64,000 bases of DNA from an uncultured Clostridia bacterium (GCA_934167095.1 CAKPKE010000004.1:7033-71032); one strand, 5' to 3'. Shown: positions 10,043-20,246, counted from the first letter of the stretch. Notes: generated by a model not told the origin, from the sequence alone. Translations and numbers: made by a program.

Positions 10043-10576
10043 ATGAAAAAAACAATTTCAATTTTTTGTTTAGTAGTAACCTTCTTTTTTATATACTTTT
10101 TGCAGTCCAATTTTTTTACATGGTTTAATATTAGCGGAATAATGCCTAATTTATATGTAATATTTGTATTGTTTATAGGCCTATTTGTAAAAAGAAAAGT
10201 AGGTTTAATATTTGGAATGGCAAGTGGATTATATATAGAAATTCTTTTAGGAAGGGGCGTTGGAATAGCAGCTTTAGGTTTAGGAATAGTAGGAATACTA
10301 GGGGAAGTATTTAGCAAAAACTTTTCAAAAGACAGTAGATTTATAGTATCATTAATGGTATTAGGAACAACAATAATATATGAAACGCTAATATATATAT
10401 TATCAATGCTTCAAGCAGGTGGAACAATAGAGATATTGCCATTTATCAAAATTTTATTAGTTGAGTCAATATTTAATGTGCTAATAACAATTATAATATA
10501 TCCAATAATAAAAAAGGCCGGATATTATTTAGAAAATTTATATGATGACAAAATAATGCTAACAAGATATTTCTAA
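10043..10576 (+). CDS. mreD: Rod-shape-determining protein MreD
   Basis: 177-aa polytopic membrane protein immediately after mreC. Confidence 0.8.
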   Translation: MKKTISIFCLVVTFFFIYFLQSNFFTWFNISGIMPNLYVIFVLFIGLFVKRKVGLIFGMASGLYIEILLGRGVGIAALGLGIVGILGEVFSKNFSKDSRFIVSLMVLGTTIIYETLIYILSMLQAGGTIEILPFIKILLVESIFNVLITIIIYPIIKKAGYYLENLYDDKIMLTRYF

Positions 10577-10587
10577 AAATATGTAGT

Positions 10588-12705
10588 TTGAAAGAAGGTG
10601 AGAATATTACGATTCAAGATAGAAATGATAAAATAAGATATAATTTTTCTACAATTATAGTTTATATAATTGGAATAATTTTGCTTATGCAACTATTTAA
10701 CTTGCAAATTATACATGGAGCTGAGTATAGAGAAACTTCAAATACAAGACTTACAAGAGAAAGTGTATTGGAAGCTGATAGAGGAAAAATATCAGATAGT
10801 TCTGGAACAGTTCTTGCAGGTGTAAAATCTCAATATTCGGTTGTATTATATAAAACAAGCGTAAGTACAGAAACTTTAAATAATACAATATTAAATTTAA
10901 TTAATATTCTTACTGCAAATGGCGATAGTTATGAAGATGAATTTTTGATTAACATTAATCCATATAGTTTTAAATTAGAAGAAGAAGAAAGTCAAAAAGC
11001 CTGGAAAAAGGCGAATAATATAAATGAAGATTATACAGCAGAAGAAGTATTTAATTATTATAAGAAAAAATATGAAATAACAACAGATAGCGTAGAAGAT
11101 GCAAGAAAAATAATAGCGATAAGATATTTAATATCATACAAAGGATATAGTAATACGAAATCTTTAAAAATAGCAAGTAATATAAGTGAAGCAAGTTTGC
11201 ATCAAATAAAAGAACAAAATACTAATTTGTCTGGTGTTGAAATTCAAGAAAGCTCCATAAGAACATATCCGTATGGAAATTTAGCATCACATATTTTAGG
11301 AAGAATTGGAAAAATCGAAGAAAATGAGTTAAAAGGAAACGAAGATACATATAACCAAAACGATATTATTGGAAAAGCTGGAATTGAATCTGTTTTTGAA
11401 AAATACTTAAAAGGCAAAAGCGGAGTAAAACAAATAGATATGAATGTTGATGGAACTACAACAAATGAATATGTATCAAAAGAAGCTGTTTCTGGAAGTA
11501 ATGTAGTTCTCACAATTGATTCGAAACTTCAAAATATAACAGAGCAAGCCCTAAAAAATAATGTTGAAAAAATTGCAAGTGGAGGATTTGGAAAAGCTTA
11601 TAATGCAGATGCAGGAGCAGCAGTTGTACTTAATATAAAAAGCGGTGAAGTTCTTGCAATGGCAAGCTATCCAGATTATAACCCATCAGATTTTGTAAAC
11701 GGAATAAATACAAGCACGTGGAATTATTACATAAATGGAGCAACAAAACCTCTAGAAAATAAAGCGATATCTGCTATGTATTCACCAGGTTCTACATATA
11801 AAATGGCAACGGCTATTGCCGGATTAGAGTCTGGAGCAATAACTACAACAGAAAAAATTAATGATACTGGTGTATATAAAAAATATAATAGTGAATGGAA
11901 ATGTTGGATATATTCAAGCTATGGATATGGACATGGTAGATTTAATGTATCACAGGCGATTAAACATTCATGCAACTATTTCTTTTACGAATTAGGAGAT
12001 AGAATAGGAATTGATACTTTAGCTAAATATTCATATTATTTAGGATTAGGACATAAAACTGGAATCGAGCTAACAGGTGAAATATCAGGAGTTTTAGCAA
12101 GTACAAAAATTGCGGAGCAAGAGCATAGAGTATGGAACCCAGGTGAAACAATTTCAGCAGCGATAGGACAAAGTTATAATACATTTACGCCATTACAAAT
12201 GGCTAAATATGTTGCAATGATTGCAAATGGTGGCAAAAAGCTAGATGTAACAATTGTAAAATCAATAATAAATTCTGATGGAAGTGAAGTACCAAGGGAT
12301 GAGTATCAGACTTATGTAAATGAAAAATTAGGAACAACTGAAGATGATAGCGAGGATTTTAGCTTTAATCAAGATAATGTAAATGCAATACTTGAAGGAA
12401 TGAGAGGTGTTACCTCGGAATCTGGAGGTACAGCATATTCAACATTTGCAAACTTTAATATTGAAGTTGGTGGTAAAACTGGTTCTGCACAAACAGGTGT
12501 AGAAGGATATACTAATGCCTGGTTTGTTGGTTTTGCTCCATTTGATGATCCAGAAATTGCAGTAGTAGTATTTGTGAGAAATGGTGGACATGGTAGTTAT
12601 ACAGCAGAAGTAGCAAGAGATATTATGGCACAGTATTTTGGAATGAATGTAAATCAAGTAACAGAAAATGTAAATGCAATACCAAGTACTCAAATAATAA
12701 ATTAA
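10588..12705 (+). CDS. mrdA: Penicillin-binding protein 2 (class B transpeptidase, elongasome)
   Basis: TTG start per track (no upstream ATG). N-terminal TM, dimerisation domain, transpeptidase motifs S-T-Y-K (SPGSTYKMATA), S-C-N (HSCNYFF), K-T-G (GGKTGSAQ). Follows mreBCD. Confidence 0.9.
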   Translation: MKEGENITIQDRNDKIRYNFSTIIVYIIGIILLMQLFNLQIIHGAEYRETSNTRLTRESVLEADRGKISDSSGTVLAGVKSQYSVVLYKTSVSTETLNNTILNLINILTANGDSYEDEFLININPYSFKLEEEESQKAWKKANNINEDYTAEEVFNYYKKKYEITTDSVEDARKIIAIRYLISYKGYSNTKSLKIASNISEASLHQIKEQNTNLSGVEIQESSIRTYPYGNLASHILGRIGKIEENELKGNEDTYNQNDIIGKAGIESVFEKYLKGKSGVKQIDMNVDGTTTNEYVSKEAVSGSNVVLTIDSKLQNITEQALKNNVEKIASGGFGKAYNADAGAAVVLNIKSGEVLAMASYPDYNPSDFVNGINTSTWNYYINGATKPLENKAISAMYSPGSTYKMATAIAGLESGAITTTEKINDTGVYKKYNSEWKCWIYSSYGYGHGRFNVSQAIKHSCNYFFYELGDRIGIDTLAKYSYYLGLGHKTGIELTGEISGVLASTKIAEQEHRVWNPGETISAAIGQSYNTFTPLQMAKYVAMIANGGKKLDVTIVKSIINSDGSEVPRDEYQTYVNEKLGTTEDDSEDFSFNQDNVNAILEGMRGVTSESGGTAYSTFANFNIEVGGKTGSAQTGVEGYTNAWFVGFAPFDDPEIAVVVFVRNGGHGSYTAEVARDIMAQYFGMNVNQVTENVNAIPSTQIIN

Positions 12706-12793
12706 ACAAAGGAAGAAAAGTCAATAGTTAATATTAAAAAAATAAATATTAATTATTGACTAATTATATGCAAAATAGAAAGGGAGCACATTT

Positions 12794-13411
12794 ATGAAGA
12801 GTTGTATAATGGTTAGTATGAAACAAGAGAATGTAGTAATAAAAATTAGCGAAGAAACAAGTCAAGAAAAAATATTAGAAGAATTAAAAAAGAGAATGCC
12901 GGGATTAAAAAAACTTTATAAAGAAGAGAAACAACCAATTTTAATTACTGGGAAAATATTAAAAAACAAAGAGATAGATGAAATACAAAGTTTAATAAAC
13001 AAGTATTTAGATGTAGAAGTTAAATTTGAATCACCAAGAACATTAGGCCTTCATGGTATAACAAAAACGTATAAAAAATATATTGCAACATCTGAAACAA
13101 AGTTCCATAGAGCATCTTTAAGATCTGGGCAAAAAGTGGAATTTGAAGGAAGCTTAGTTATTATAGGTGATGTAAACGACGGAGCTGAGGTAATTGCTAG
13201 CGAAAATATTGTTGTAGTAGGTGTCTTAAGAGGTCTTGCTCATGCTGGTGCAAAAGGAAATAAAGAAGCCATAATTACAGCATCCTCAATAGAATCAATG
13301 CAACTTAGAATAGCAAATGTTGTAAAAGAAAGAGAAAAAGACGAAATTCTTTCTGATACAAAAAAAACGTATGCATATTTAAATGAAAAAGGTGAAATGG
13401 TAATAGAATAA
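12794..13411 (+). CDS. minC: Septum site-determining protein MinC
   Basis: AGGGAG RBS. C-terminal beta-helix SLRSGQKVEFEGSLVIIGDVNDGAEVIASENIVVVGVLRGLAHAGAKGNKEAIITA..QLRIA. Confidence 0.9.
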   Translation: MKSCIMVSMKQENVVIKISEETSQEKILEELKKRMPGLKKLYKEEKQPILITGKILKNKEIDEIQSLINKYLDVEVKFESPRTLGLHGITKTYKKYIATSETKFHRASLRSGQKVEFEGSLVIIGDVNDGAEVIASENIVVVGVLRGLAHAGAKGNKEAIITASSIESMQLRIANVVKEREKDEILSDTKKTYAYLNEKGEMVIE

Positions 13412-13414
13412 AAT

Positions 13415-13451
13415 AAAAGCTCTTTTCAATATAAAAACGAGAAGAGCTTTT
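13415..13451. terminator. Bidirectional terminator between minC and convergent gene
   Basis: AAAAGCTCTTTTC / GAGAAGAGCTTTT stem with A-run and T-run flanks; overlaps the stop codon of the minus-strand gene. Confidence 0.7.
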
Positions 13452-13933
13452 TAATTCATCAATAACAAAAATAAAATCATAATTAAAAAATAGTCATGAG
13501 AATCCTCGTTAAATAAAAAGAAAATTAGTGCTAGTATTAAGAGGTCATCAAAGTATAAATCTAATCCTAAAATACTAAACATAGGTTGTTGCTTTTGATT
13601 GGTATTTACTACGCTATTGGAAGCGTTTAACTGATGATTATGGTTACTTGAAAATCTGTTATATAAATTAGAAGAATTTGTATTTGATTTAGTATTAAAT
13701 GATTCAGCTGGAATGTAGTTTTCCTTAAATTGTGAGTGATGTGGAGGTGGAGGCTTAGGAATACTTTGAGATAAATTGCCTTGAAATACAGTATCTGTAG
13801 GAGCTTTATAAGTGTGTGCTAGATTTTGATTCTGGATATAACTATTATTTAAAGATGATTTTTTATTAATGTAATTCATATAATTTGGAAATCCATAGTA
13901 TGGATAATCAGGAATCATGTTTTTGGTCACCAC
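13451..13933 (-). CDS. Hypothetical Asn/Gln/Pro-rich protein with C-terminal hydrophobic tail
   Basis: 160 aa. Low-complexity N/Q/S-rich body (PKPPPPHH, NTNSSNLYNRFSSNHNHQ) and C-terminal LGLDLYFDDLLILALIFFLFNE..IMILFLLLMN. Overlaps the upstream gene by 26 nt (operon). Confidence 0.5.
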   Translation of the reverse strand: MVTKNMIPDYPYYGFPNYMNYINKKSSLNNSYIQNQNLAHTYKAPTDTVFQGNLSQSIPKPPPPHHSQFKENYIPAESFNTKSNTNSSNLYNRFSSNHNHQLNASNSVVNTNQKQQPMFSILGLDLYFDDLLILALIFFLFNEDSHDYFLIMILFLLLMN

Positions 13934-14291
13934 CTAAATTATTCATAACATTCATAACTTGCTCTAAATTTAATAGTTGTATGTACTCATCGACTTTGTT
14001 TTGCCTAGAAGGCTTTAAATAAGGTTTTAGCGAGCGTAACAAATTAGCACTGTTGCTGTTGCTTGAGGCTTGCATTGCAGACATGACTTGACTAATTTTG
14101 ATAATTGTATCCATGTCTATATTAGGAAAACTTGCTTCATCAGAGGAGCTAGAAGTTTGCGAATTAGTATTTTCTGTTTGAGCTGTCTGATTAGAATTTT
14201 CAGAGCTATCAGATTCATTTTGCTGATTTGCAGATGACATCATTTGAGCAAAATTTTTTATAATATCAGCCATATCTGCCAATTTTATCAC
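13908..14291 (-). CDS. Hypothetical Ser/Asn/Gln-rich protein
   Basis: 127 aa with GGAGG RBS. Acidic S/N/Q-rich centre and a C-terminal LLRSLKPYLKPSRQNKVDEYIQLLNL motif that I recall from uncharacterised clostridial proteins. Confidence 0.5.
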   Translation of the reverse strand: MIKLADMADIIKNFAQMMSSANQQNESDSSENSNQTAQTENTNSQTSSSSDEASFPNIDMDTIIKISQVMSAMQASSNSNSANLLRSLKPYLKPSRQNKVDEYIQLLNLEQVMNVMNNLGGDQKHDS

Positions 14292-14304
14292 CTCCTAATG
14301 AAAT

Positions 14305-14490
14305 TTATTTATTACCATTATTGTTGTTATTAGATAATTTGTTCATCATAGCTTGAGCACCACCGTTGGCATTTATTATTGCTTGAGCCTCATTCATTTT
14401 GCTTTGAAGTTCTTTTTTATCCATGTGTGCAATCATATTCATTAGTTGACCTAAGTTCATGTTGTTCATATTATTCATGTTGTTATTCAT
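14305..14490 (-). CDS. Hypothetical small Asn/Met-rich protein
   Basis: 61 aa, MNNNMNNMNNMNLGQLMNMI...NNNNNGNK. First gene of a three-gene minus-strand unit. Confidence 0.4.
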   Translation of the reverse strand: MNNNMNNMNNMNLGQLMNMIAHMDKKELQSKMNEAQAIINANGGAQAMMNKLSNNNNNGNK

Positions 14491-15026
14491 AAAAAATCAA
14501 TCCTTTCAAAAGTTACTATATAATATTCAGAAATGTTAAAAGTGTTACTAAAATTTTGAAAAAATTAAAAAGTAATATTTTGCGGAATAAAGAGAAAAAT
14601 TAATTTTTTATGAAATATAGTGTAAAAAAAGCAAAAAATATGGCGAACGAATATAAAAATTAATAAGCTGAAAGCCTTGCAACATAAGTGGTTTGATGCT
14701 ATCATATATTTAGTTTTATAAAACTTTTAAATCTTAATCGTAAATGTACTAGTACTAATTAATTGCAAAGAGATTCTCTATCTATGCAAGCTAAAGAGTA
14801 TTTCGCATCTGATTTCGAAATCCCAAAGAAAAAATTAAAAATAACCGAAGAAAATAATATAAATAACAATCCCCCTAAATGTTATTATATATAAGATTTT
14901 ATCCAATATTATTTTTATAGGAGGTGAAGGACTCATTATATTATATAAACGCAATTTAATAATGCACACACACATTCCCCTTATTTTTATTTAATTTAAA
15001 AATTAACTATATTAGTTTATGTGATA

Positions 15027-15059
15027 GGCAGTATGAGAGAGTACTGCCTCAATTTTTTT
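15027..15059 (+). terminator. Orphan rho-independent terminator inside the long spoIIE upstream spacer
   Basis: GGCAGTA / TACTGCC stem, 8-nt loop, TCAATTTTTTT tail. No annotated + strand gene ends here. Confidence 0.65.
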
Positions 15060-15309
15060 ATGCCAATTACCCTCTAAATATTGTATTTTGAAACAAAATA
15101 ATATAAAATAAACGAAGCAATTTCATCATAAGATAAAAATAATAAAATTTAATAAACAAAAAGAAGAAAAAATATCATAATAAGTAGAAAACTTTTTTGA
15201 TTTTTGTATCTAAAACGACAAATAAATCAACTGTTTTGTATTACAATATAAGCATTCAAACAAAGGAAAAATAAGTTTGAAAATTTACAAAAATCTATGG
15301 GGTGGAAAT

Positions 15310-17796
15310 ATGTTTCAAAATATAACAAGTAACACAAATGATGAAATATTAAATGAGGAGAGCGGCTTAAAAAAGTTTTTTAAAGATAACTTTAAAATTC
15401 AAAATATTATAATATACATACTGTCTTTTATGATGTCTATGGTTGGTGGACAAGATGGTAGCATTTTTAGTCAAATTGCTCCATTTGGACTTGCAATGTT
15501 TGCAGCATGTGTTGGAAGTGGAATTCCTGTTGCAATAGTTGCTATAACCACATTAGTAGGAACAACAATAAAATTTGGAGTAGGAGGGCTAACTACAACA
15601 CTACTTACAATTCTAGTGTTCTTAGCATTTATTTTAATTAAAAGACCTTATGAAGATGAAGATAGAAACGAAAAATTAAAAGTTGGAGTTCAACTTGCAA
15701 GTAGTATATTTATAGTTCAAATTGTTAAATGCTTATTTAAAGGAGTGCTATTATATGATATTTTGTTTAGTATAATGCTAACAGTGATATCATACATTTT
15801 GTATAAAATTTTTGTAAATGGACTACCAGTAATAAAAGAATATGGAGAAAAAACTGTATTTAGCATAGAAGAAGTAATGGGAGCAAGTCTGCTTCTTGCA
15901 ATAGCAATAAATTGCTTTGGAAATCTAAATGTATTTGGATATTCTATAAGAAATATACTTAACATATTAATTGTACTTGTAATGGGCTGGAAAAACGGAA
16001 TGTTAGTTGGTGCAACTTCTGGAATAACAATTGGAACAGTTTTAGGAATATTAAATGGACAAGATCCAGTAATGCTTGCGGCGTATGGAATATCTGGATT
16101 GGTTGCAGGAATATTAAATAGATTTGGAAAAATTGGCGTAATATTAGGATTTATAATTGGAAATATTATTTTATCATATTTAGCAAATGGAAATACAATA
16201 GAGGTAATAAAATTCCAAGAAATTTTAATTGCAGCTTTGGGCCTTTTAGCAGTACCAAAGAAATATAAAATTAATATAAGCGATATACTATCAGACACAA
16301 AATTGCTTCCAGAAACAACTACAAGAACATTGGAAGAAAACAAAGAAACAGTAAATAAGCTAGAAAATATGTCTAGCACAATAATGCAAATTGCAAATGA
16401 ATATAAAGATGTTGCAGCAAGTGTTGTAGCAGATGAAGAAATAGAAGAGCAAGAAAAGCAAAATGAAGAGATGTTCATTGACGAGCTAATGAATAATCTA
16501 GAAGGCAAAGAAGAAAATCTTTTATATGATGAAATTTACAATAACAACGGAAATATAATTGAAGATATATTTAACGAATTGCTAAAAAATGATGTGTTAA
16601 CAAGACCTGACATTTTGTATATTTTCCAAAAGCATAATAATTACATATTAGGATTTAGCAAAGATTCAAAAGAAGATGAATCAGTTGCTAAAAATGACAT
16701 TGACGAAATGCTAAAAACAATAAATTATTCATATAGAATTAGTAAAATAAATTTTGTATGGAAGAAAAAGTTAGACGATAATAAAAAACAAGTGTCTAGT
16801 CAATTATCAAATGTTTCAGAGGCTATCTCAAATTTAGCAGAGCAAATAACTAAAAAAGAAGTTAATGAGTTTGATGATAAAAAAGAACAAATCAGAAAAC
16901 TTCTACTAGAAAAAGAAGTTGATGTAAAAGAAGTAAATATTACAAAGGCAGATGACGAAAAATATTTAGTTAATATTTATACAGGAATATGCTCAAATGA
17001 AGATGGTTCAGAATGTTTTGTAAAGAAAATAGATAAAGTTTTGCAAAAAGTATTACAAGAAAAAATGACTCTTCAAAAGCAAAAATGTGGACTTAGAGTA
17101 GATTCAGAAATTTGCTTATTTACATATACATCAGAAGATAAATTCTTTAGCCAAATAGGAATTGCAAAATCTAAAAAATATGATTCAATAATTTCAGGCG
17201 ATACAACAATTCAAACAAAATTAGATGATGGAAAAATGTTACTTGCATTAAGCGATGGAATGGGTTCGGGACCAGAAGCAAGAAAATCTAGCAAAATAGC
17301 AATTAAAATGTTAGAAAGACTACTAAGTTCAGGATTTAATAAAGATACAGCACTAAAATTAATCAATAATACAATTTCTGCAAACACTGATGACGACATG
17401 TATGCAACATTAGATATAAGCATATTAGATTTGTACAATGGAAGTATGGAATTCATTAAAAATGGAGCTTGCCCAACATTTATAAAAAGAAATGGACAAG
17501 TAGAAGTTTTAAAAGCAGTAGCATTGCCAACTGGAATATTAAATAATATTGATTTGGTTGAGTACAATTATGACTTACAAGATGGCGATATAATTGTAAT
17601 GTGTAGTGATGGAATATTAGATTCAAGCAAGGAATATGTAAGTAAAGAACTATGGGTAAAAGAAACATTGGAAGAAATTGAAACAGATGATGCTCAAAGA
17701 ATTGCAGATATTCTACTTTGTGAAGCAAAAGACAATGACTTTGGAAAAGAGAAAGATGACATGACTGTAATTACATGTAAAATAAATAAAAAATAA
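15310..17796 (+). CDS. spoIIE: Stage II sporulation protein E (membrane PP2C phosphatase)
   Basis: ATG 15310 behind GGGGTGG (track ORF starts at TTG 15277). About 10 N-terminal TM helices, central regulatory region, C-terminal PP2C: ISGDTT..LLALSDGMGSGPEARKSS..IIVMCSDGI..DDMTVI. Confidence 0.92.
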   Translation: MFQNITSNTNDEILNEESGLKKFFKDNFKIQNIIIYILSFMMSMVGGQDGSIFSQIAPFGLAMFAACVGSGIPVAIVAITTLVGTTIKFGVGGLTTTLLTILVFLAFILIKRPYEDEDRNEKLKVGVQLASSIFIVQIVKCLFKGVLLYDILFSIMLTVISYILYKIFVNGLPVIKEYGEKTVFSIEEVMGASLLLAIAINCFGNLNVFGYSIRNILNILIVLVMGWKNGMLVGATSGITIGTVLGILNGQDPVMLAAYGISGLVAGILNRFGKIGVILGFIIGNIILSYLANGNTIEVIKFQEILIAALGLLAVPKKYKINISDILSDTKLLPETTTRTLEENKETVNKLENMSSTIMQIANEYKDVAASVVADEEIEEQEKQNEEMFIDELMNNLEGKEENLLYDEIYNNNGNIIEDIFNELLKNDVLTRPDILYIFQKHNNYILGFSKDSKEDESVAKNDIDEMLKTINYSYRISKINFVWKKKLDDNKKQVSSQLSNVSEAISNLAEQITKKEVNEFDDKKEQIRKLLLEKEVDVKEVNITKADDEKYLVNIYTGICSNEDGSECFVKKIDKVLQKVLQEKMTLQKQKCGLRVDSEICLFTYTSEDKFFSQIGIAKSKKYDSIISGDTTIQTKLDDGKMLLALSDGMGSGPEARKSSKIAIKMLERLLSSGFNKDTALKLINNTISANTDDDMYATLDISILDLYNGSMEFIKNGACPTFIKRNGQVEVLKAVALPTGILNNIDLVEYNYDLQDGDIIVMCSDGILDSSKEYVSKELWVKETLEEIETDDAQRIADILLCEAKDNDFGKEKDDMTVITCKINKK

Positions 17797-17829
17797 AAAA
17801 ATGGCCATAATATTTCTAGAGGTGCTTAT

Positions 17830-18081
17830 ATGGAAATATTTGATGGTGAAAATTATAAATTTATTAGTGAATATATAGAATCTAAAATAAAAAATCTAAG
17901 AAACAACAAAGATTTTAATGAAAAATATTTGAAACTATATGAAAAAATAGATGAAGTAGAAAAAGAATTAAAAGGAGAACAAAAAGAAAAATTTGATGAA
18001 ATAATTAAACTATTTTATCAAACTGAAGAGTATTATTTTGCGTATAGTTATTTGTTAGGAATAAAAGAAAAAGATATATAA
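17830..18081 (+). CDS. Hypothetical small helical protein
   Basis: 83 aa with GAGGTG RBS; charged coiled-coil-like sequence and no motif recognised. Confidence 0.4.
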   Translation: MEIFDGENYKFISEYIESKIKNLRNNKDFNEKYLKLYEKIDEVEKELKGEQKEKFDEIIKLFYQTEEYYFAYSYLLGIKEKDI

Positions 18082-18112
18082 ATTTAGAAAACTCTAAGTT
18101 TATATGTCTTTT

Positions 18113-18442
18113 TTATCTTTCTAGAAAATATTTTATTAAAAATAATACACTATCTCTGTCTTTTTTGGAAAGCTTTTTAAAATCTTCGTCATACATTTTT
18201 ACATCTTTTTTTAAATCCTCATCAAGTAAGTCATAAAGAATAACATCAGGAGTAATTTTATATGCATTGCATAATTTTAATAATGTATCAATGCTTCCTT
18301 TTGAAAATCCGCGTTCAATTTGACTAATATGTCTTGGCTCTAAGCCAGTGAGTTCTGCAACTTGGTTTTGTGTTAAGTTATTTTTTAATCTATATTCTTG
18401 GCAGATTTTGCCAATATGTTCACCTATGTTTGATTTTTCCAT
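18113..18442 (-). CDS. XRE-family helix-turn-helix transcriptional regulator
   Basis: HTH_3 motif LKNNLTQNQVAELTGLEPRHISQIERG. Divergent from the pilin-like enzyme genes. Confidence 0.85.
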   Translation of the reverse strand: MEKSNIGEHIGKICQEYRLKNNLTQNQVAELTGLEPRHISQIERGFSKGSIDTLLKLCNAYKITPDVILYDLLDEDLKKDVKMYDEDFKKLSKKDRDSVLFLIKYFLER

Positions 18443-18682
18443 AATTACCTACTTTCTATAACAAATAATATAATATTTTAACTAATATTTTAGAATGATT
18501 TTATAATTGATAAAAAGGAAAAATAAAGCGATTTTGTATTGCAAATTATTGAAAATAAATGATATAATCTACGCATAATAGTTGACAAAAAACGCATTAA
18601 ATGTTGATAAAATATGAAAAAGGAATATATTTAATATTTTAGCAAATAATATTAAAAAATTATCAAGAAGGGAAGAAAAAAT

Positions 18683-20221
18683 ATGGAAACAAAAGAAAAT
18701 AAGGGTATAACTTTAGTTGCACTTGTTGTAACAATAGTAGTTTTGCTAATCCTAGCAGGAGTTTCAATTAATTTAGTATTAGGTGAAAATGGACTAATAA
18801 CACAAGCTCAAGAGGCCAAAAGAAAAACAGAAGAAGCAACACAAAATGAAATAGCAGGAATAGATAATTTATCAAAAGAAATAGAAAGATATTCTTTTGA
18901 AGGTGGTTCATGGAATGAAACTTTAGGAGTATGTACACCAAAATTAGGAACCAATATGGTAGGTGTTTATTGGTCTGATGGAACAAAAAATGATTCAGGT
19001 TTGTACAACGCAAGTACTACATCAACAGCAGTAGAAGTAACAAGTGAACAAGAAGGATTTAGTTGGTCGGAATGGTATAATTATGTAAAAATTGATGGTA
19101 CAGAGGATAGTAAAACAAGTAGATGGGCAAATGCAAAAAGTACAACTGACGGAAGTTATTTTGTCTGGATACCAAGATATGAATATAAAATATTAAGTGG
19201 AGAGCATACATCAACAGCAGGTGAAATTGATGTGCAATTTATAAATTTAACTACAACTATAGCGGATAAAGATGGTTATAAAGTGCATCCAGCATTTACA
19301 ACAAATTTACAATTAGGTGGATGGGATTCAGAAATACCAGGAATATGGGTAGCAAAATATGAAATGAGTATGGAAGAAACTACAGACAGCGGAAGAACAT
19401 GGAAAAATTCAGAATCAACTTCAGGTACAGGAAACAAAGCAATAAGTGCAACAGTAAGAGCAGTAAGTAAGCCTAGTCAATATTCATGGAATTATATAAA
19501 TATTACAAACTGTTTTAATAACTCATTAAATTATAGTACATTGCAAACAACAGGAGCAAATTCACATTTAATGAAAAATAGTGAATGGGGAGCTGTAGCA
19601 TACTTAACACAAAGTAAATATGGAAGAAATAATCATGAAATATCAATAAATTCATACAATAAAGATAGTACAAATTATGCAAAATTAACAGGTGTAGGTG
19701 GAAGTTCAGCAGATAATAAATACAATACAACAAATGGAATGAACGCAAGTACAACAGGTAACCTTTATGGAATATATGACCTAAGTGGTGGAAACTGGGA
19801 GTATACATCAGTTTTATATAGTAAGTATACAAATGGAAACGGAACAGCACTATATGCACATACAGCAAATGGAAAATACGCAAAAGATGTAGATGGTTCA
19901 CAATTACCAACCAATAGTAGTAAATATGTAACAATATATCCAATAGATACAACAATAGAAGGTGATGATGGTTCTATTAATATGCATTATTCAAAATGGA
20001 ATGAAATTTATGGAGATGCCATTTACGAAACGTCAAATGGATGTGGATATAAAAATGCCTGGTATGGAGACCGTGCGGATGAAGATTCTACTTCAGAAGG
20101 ATTTTGCACACGTGGCAGCCGCTTTTCACATGGTACAGAAGCTGGAATTTTTGCATTTGGAGATAATGGTGGTGATGCATGGTGGGAAGATGGATATCGA
20201 GTAGTATTAATCTGTGAATAA
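18683..20221 (+). CDS. Secreted/anchored protein: pilin-like N-terminal module + uncharacterised extracellular domain
   Basis: N-terminus METKENKG|ITLVALVVTIVVLLILAGVSI resembles a class III (prepilin) signal, but residue +5 is Ala, not Glu. The body has YFVWIPRYEYK, GIWVAKYEMS and HLMKNSEWGAVAYLTQSKYGRN motifs, which I recall from uncharacterised pilin-headed proteins. Confidence 0.6.
   Translation: METKENKGITLVALVVTIVVLLILAGVSINLVLGENGLITQAQEAKRKTEEATQNEIAGIDNLSKEIERYSFEGGSWNETLGVCTPKLGTNMVGVYWSDGTKNDSGLYNASTTSTAVEVTSEQEGFSWSEWYNYVKIDGTEDSKTSRWANAKSTTDGSYFVWIPRYEYKILSGEHTSTAGEIDVQFINLTTTIADKDGYKVHPAFTTNLQLGGWDSEIPGIWVAKYEMSMEETTDSGRTWKNSESTSGTGNKAISATVRAVSKPSQYSWNYINITNCFNNSLNYSTLQTTGANSHLMKNSEWGAVAYLTQSKYGRNNHEISINSYNKDSTNYAKLTGVGGSSADNKYNTTNGMNASTTGNLYGIYDLSGGNWEYTSVLYSKYTNGNGTALYAHTANGKYAKDVDGSQLPTNSSKYVTIYPIDTTIEGDDGSINMHYSKWNEIYGDAIYETSNGCGYKNAWYGDRADEDSTSEGFCTRGSRFSHGTEAGIFAFGDNGGDAWWEDGYRVVLICE
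18703..18801. repeat. 99-bp repeat copy A (encodes shared pilin-like N-terminal module)
   Basis: Near-identical to 20261-20359 (a handful of mismatches by eye). Confidence 0.9.
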
Positions 20222-20246
20222 TACTTAAGAACAGGAGGAAAATATA

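Noticed and set aside
15717-16508. 263-aa minus-strand ORF
   Set aside because: It lies entirely antisense to the well-supported spoIIE membrane domain. The translation is low-complexity S/F/I-rich, there is no RBS and no recognisable motif. This is a typical shadow ORF in AT-rich DNA. The same reasoning applies to the other antisense track ORFs inside pcrA, mrdA, virB4, fusA, tuf, the clpC-like gene and others.
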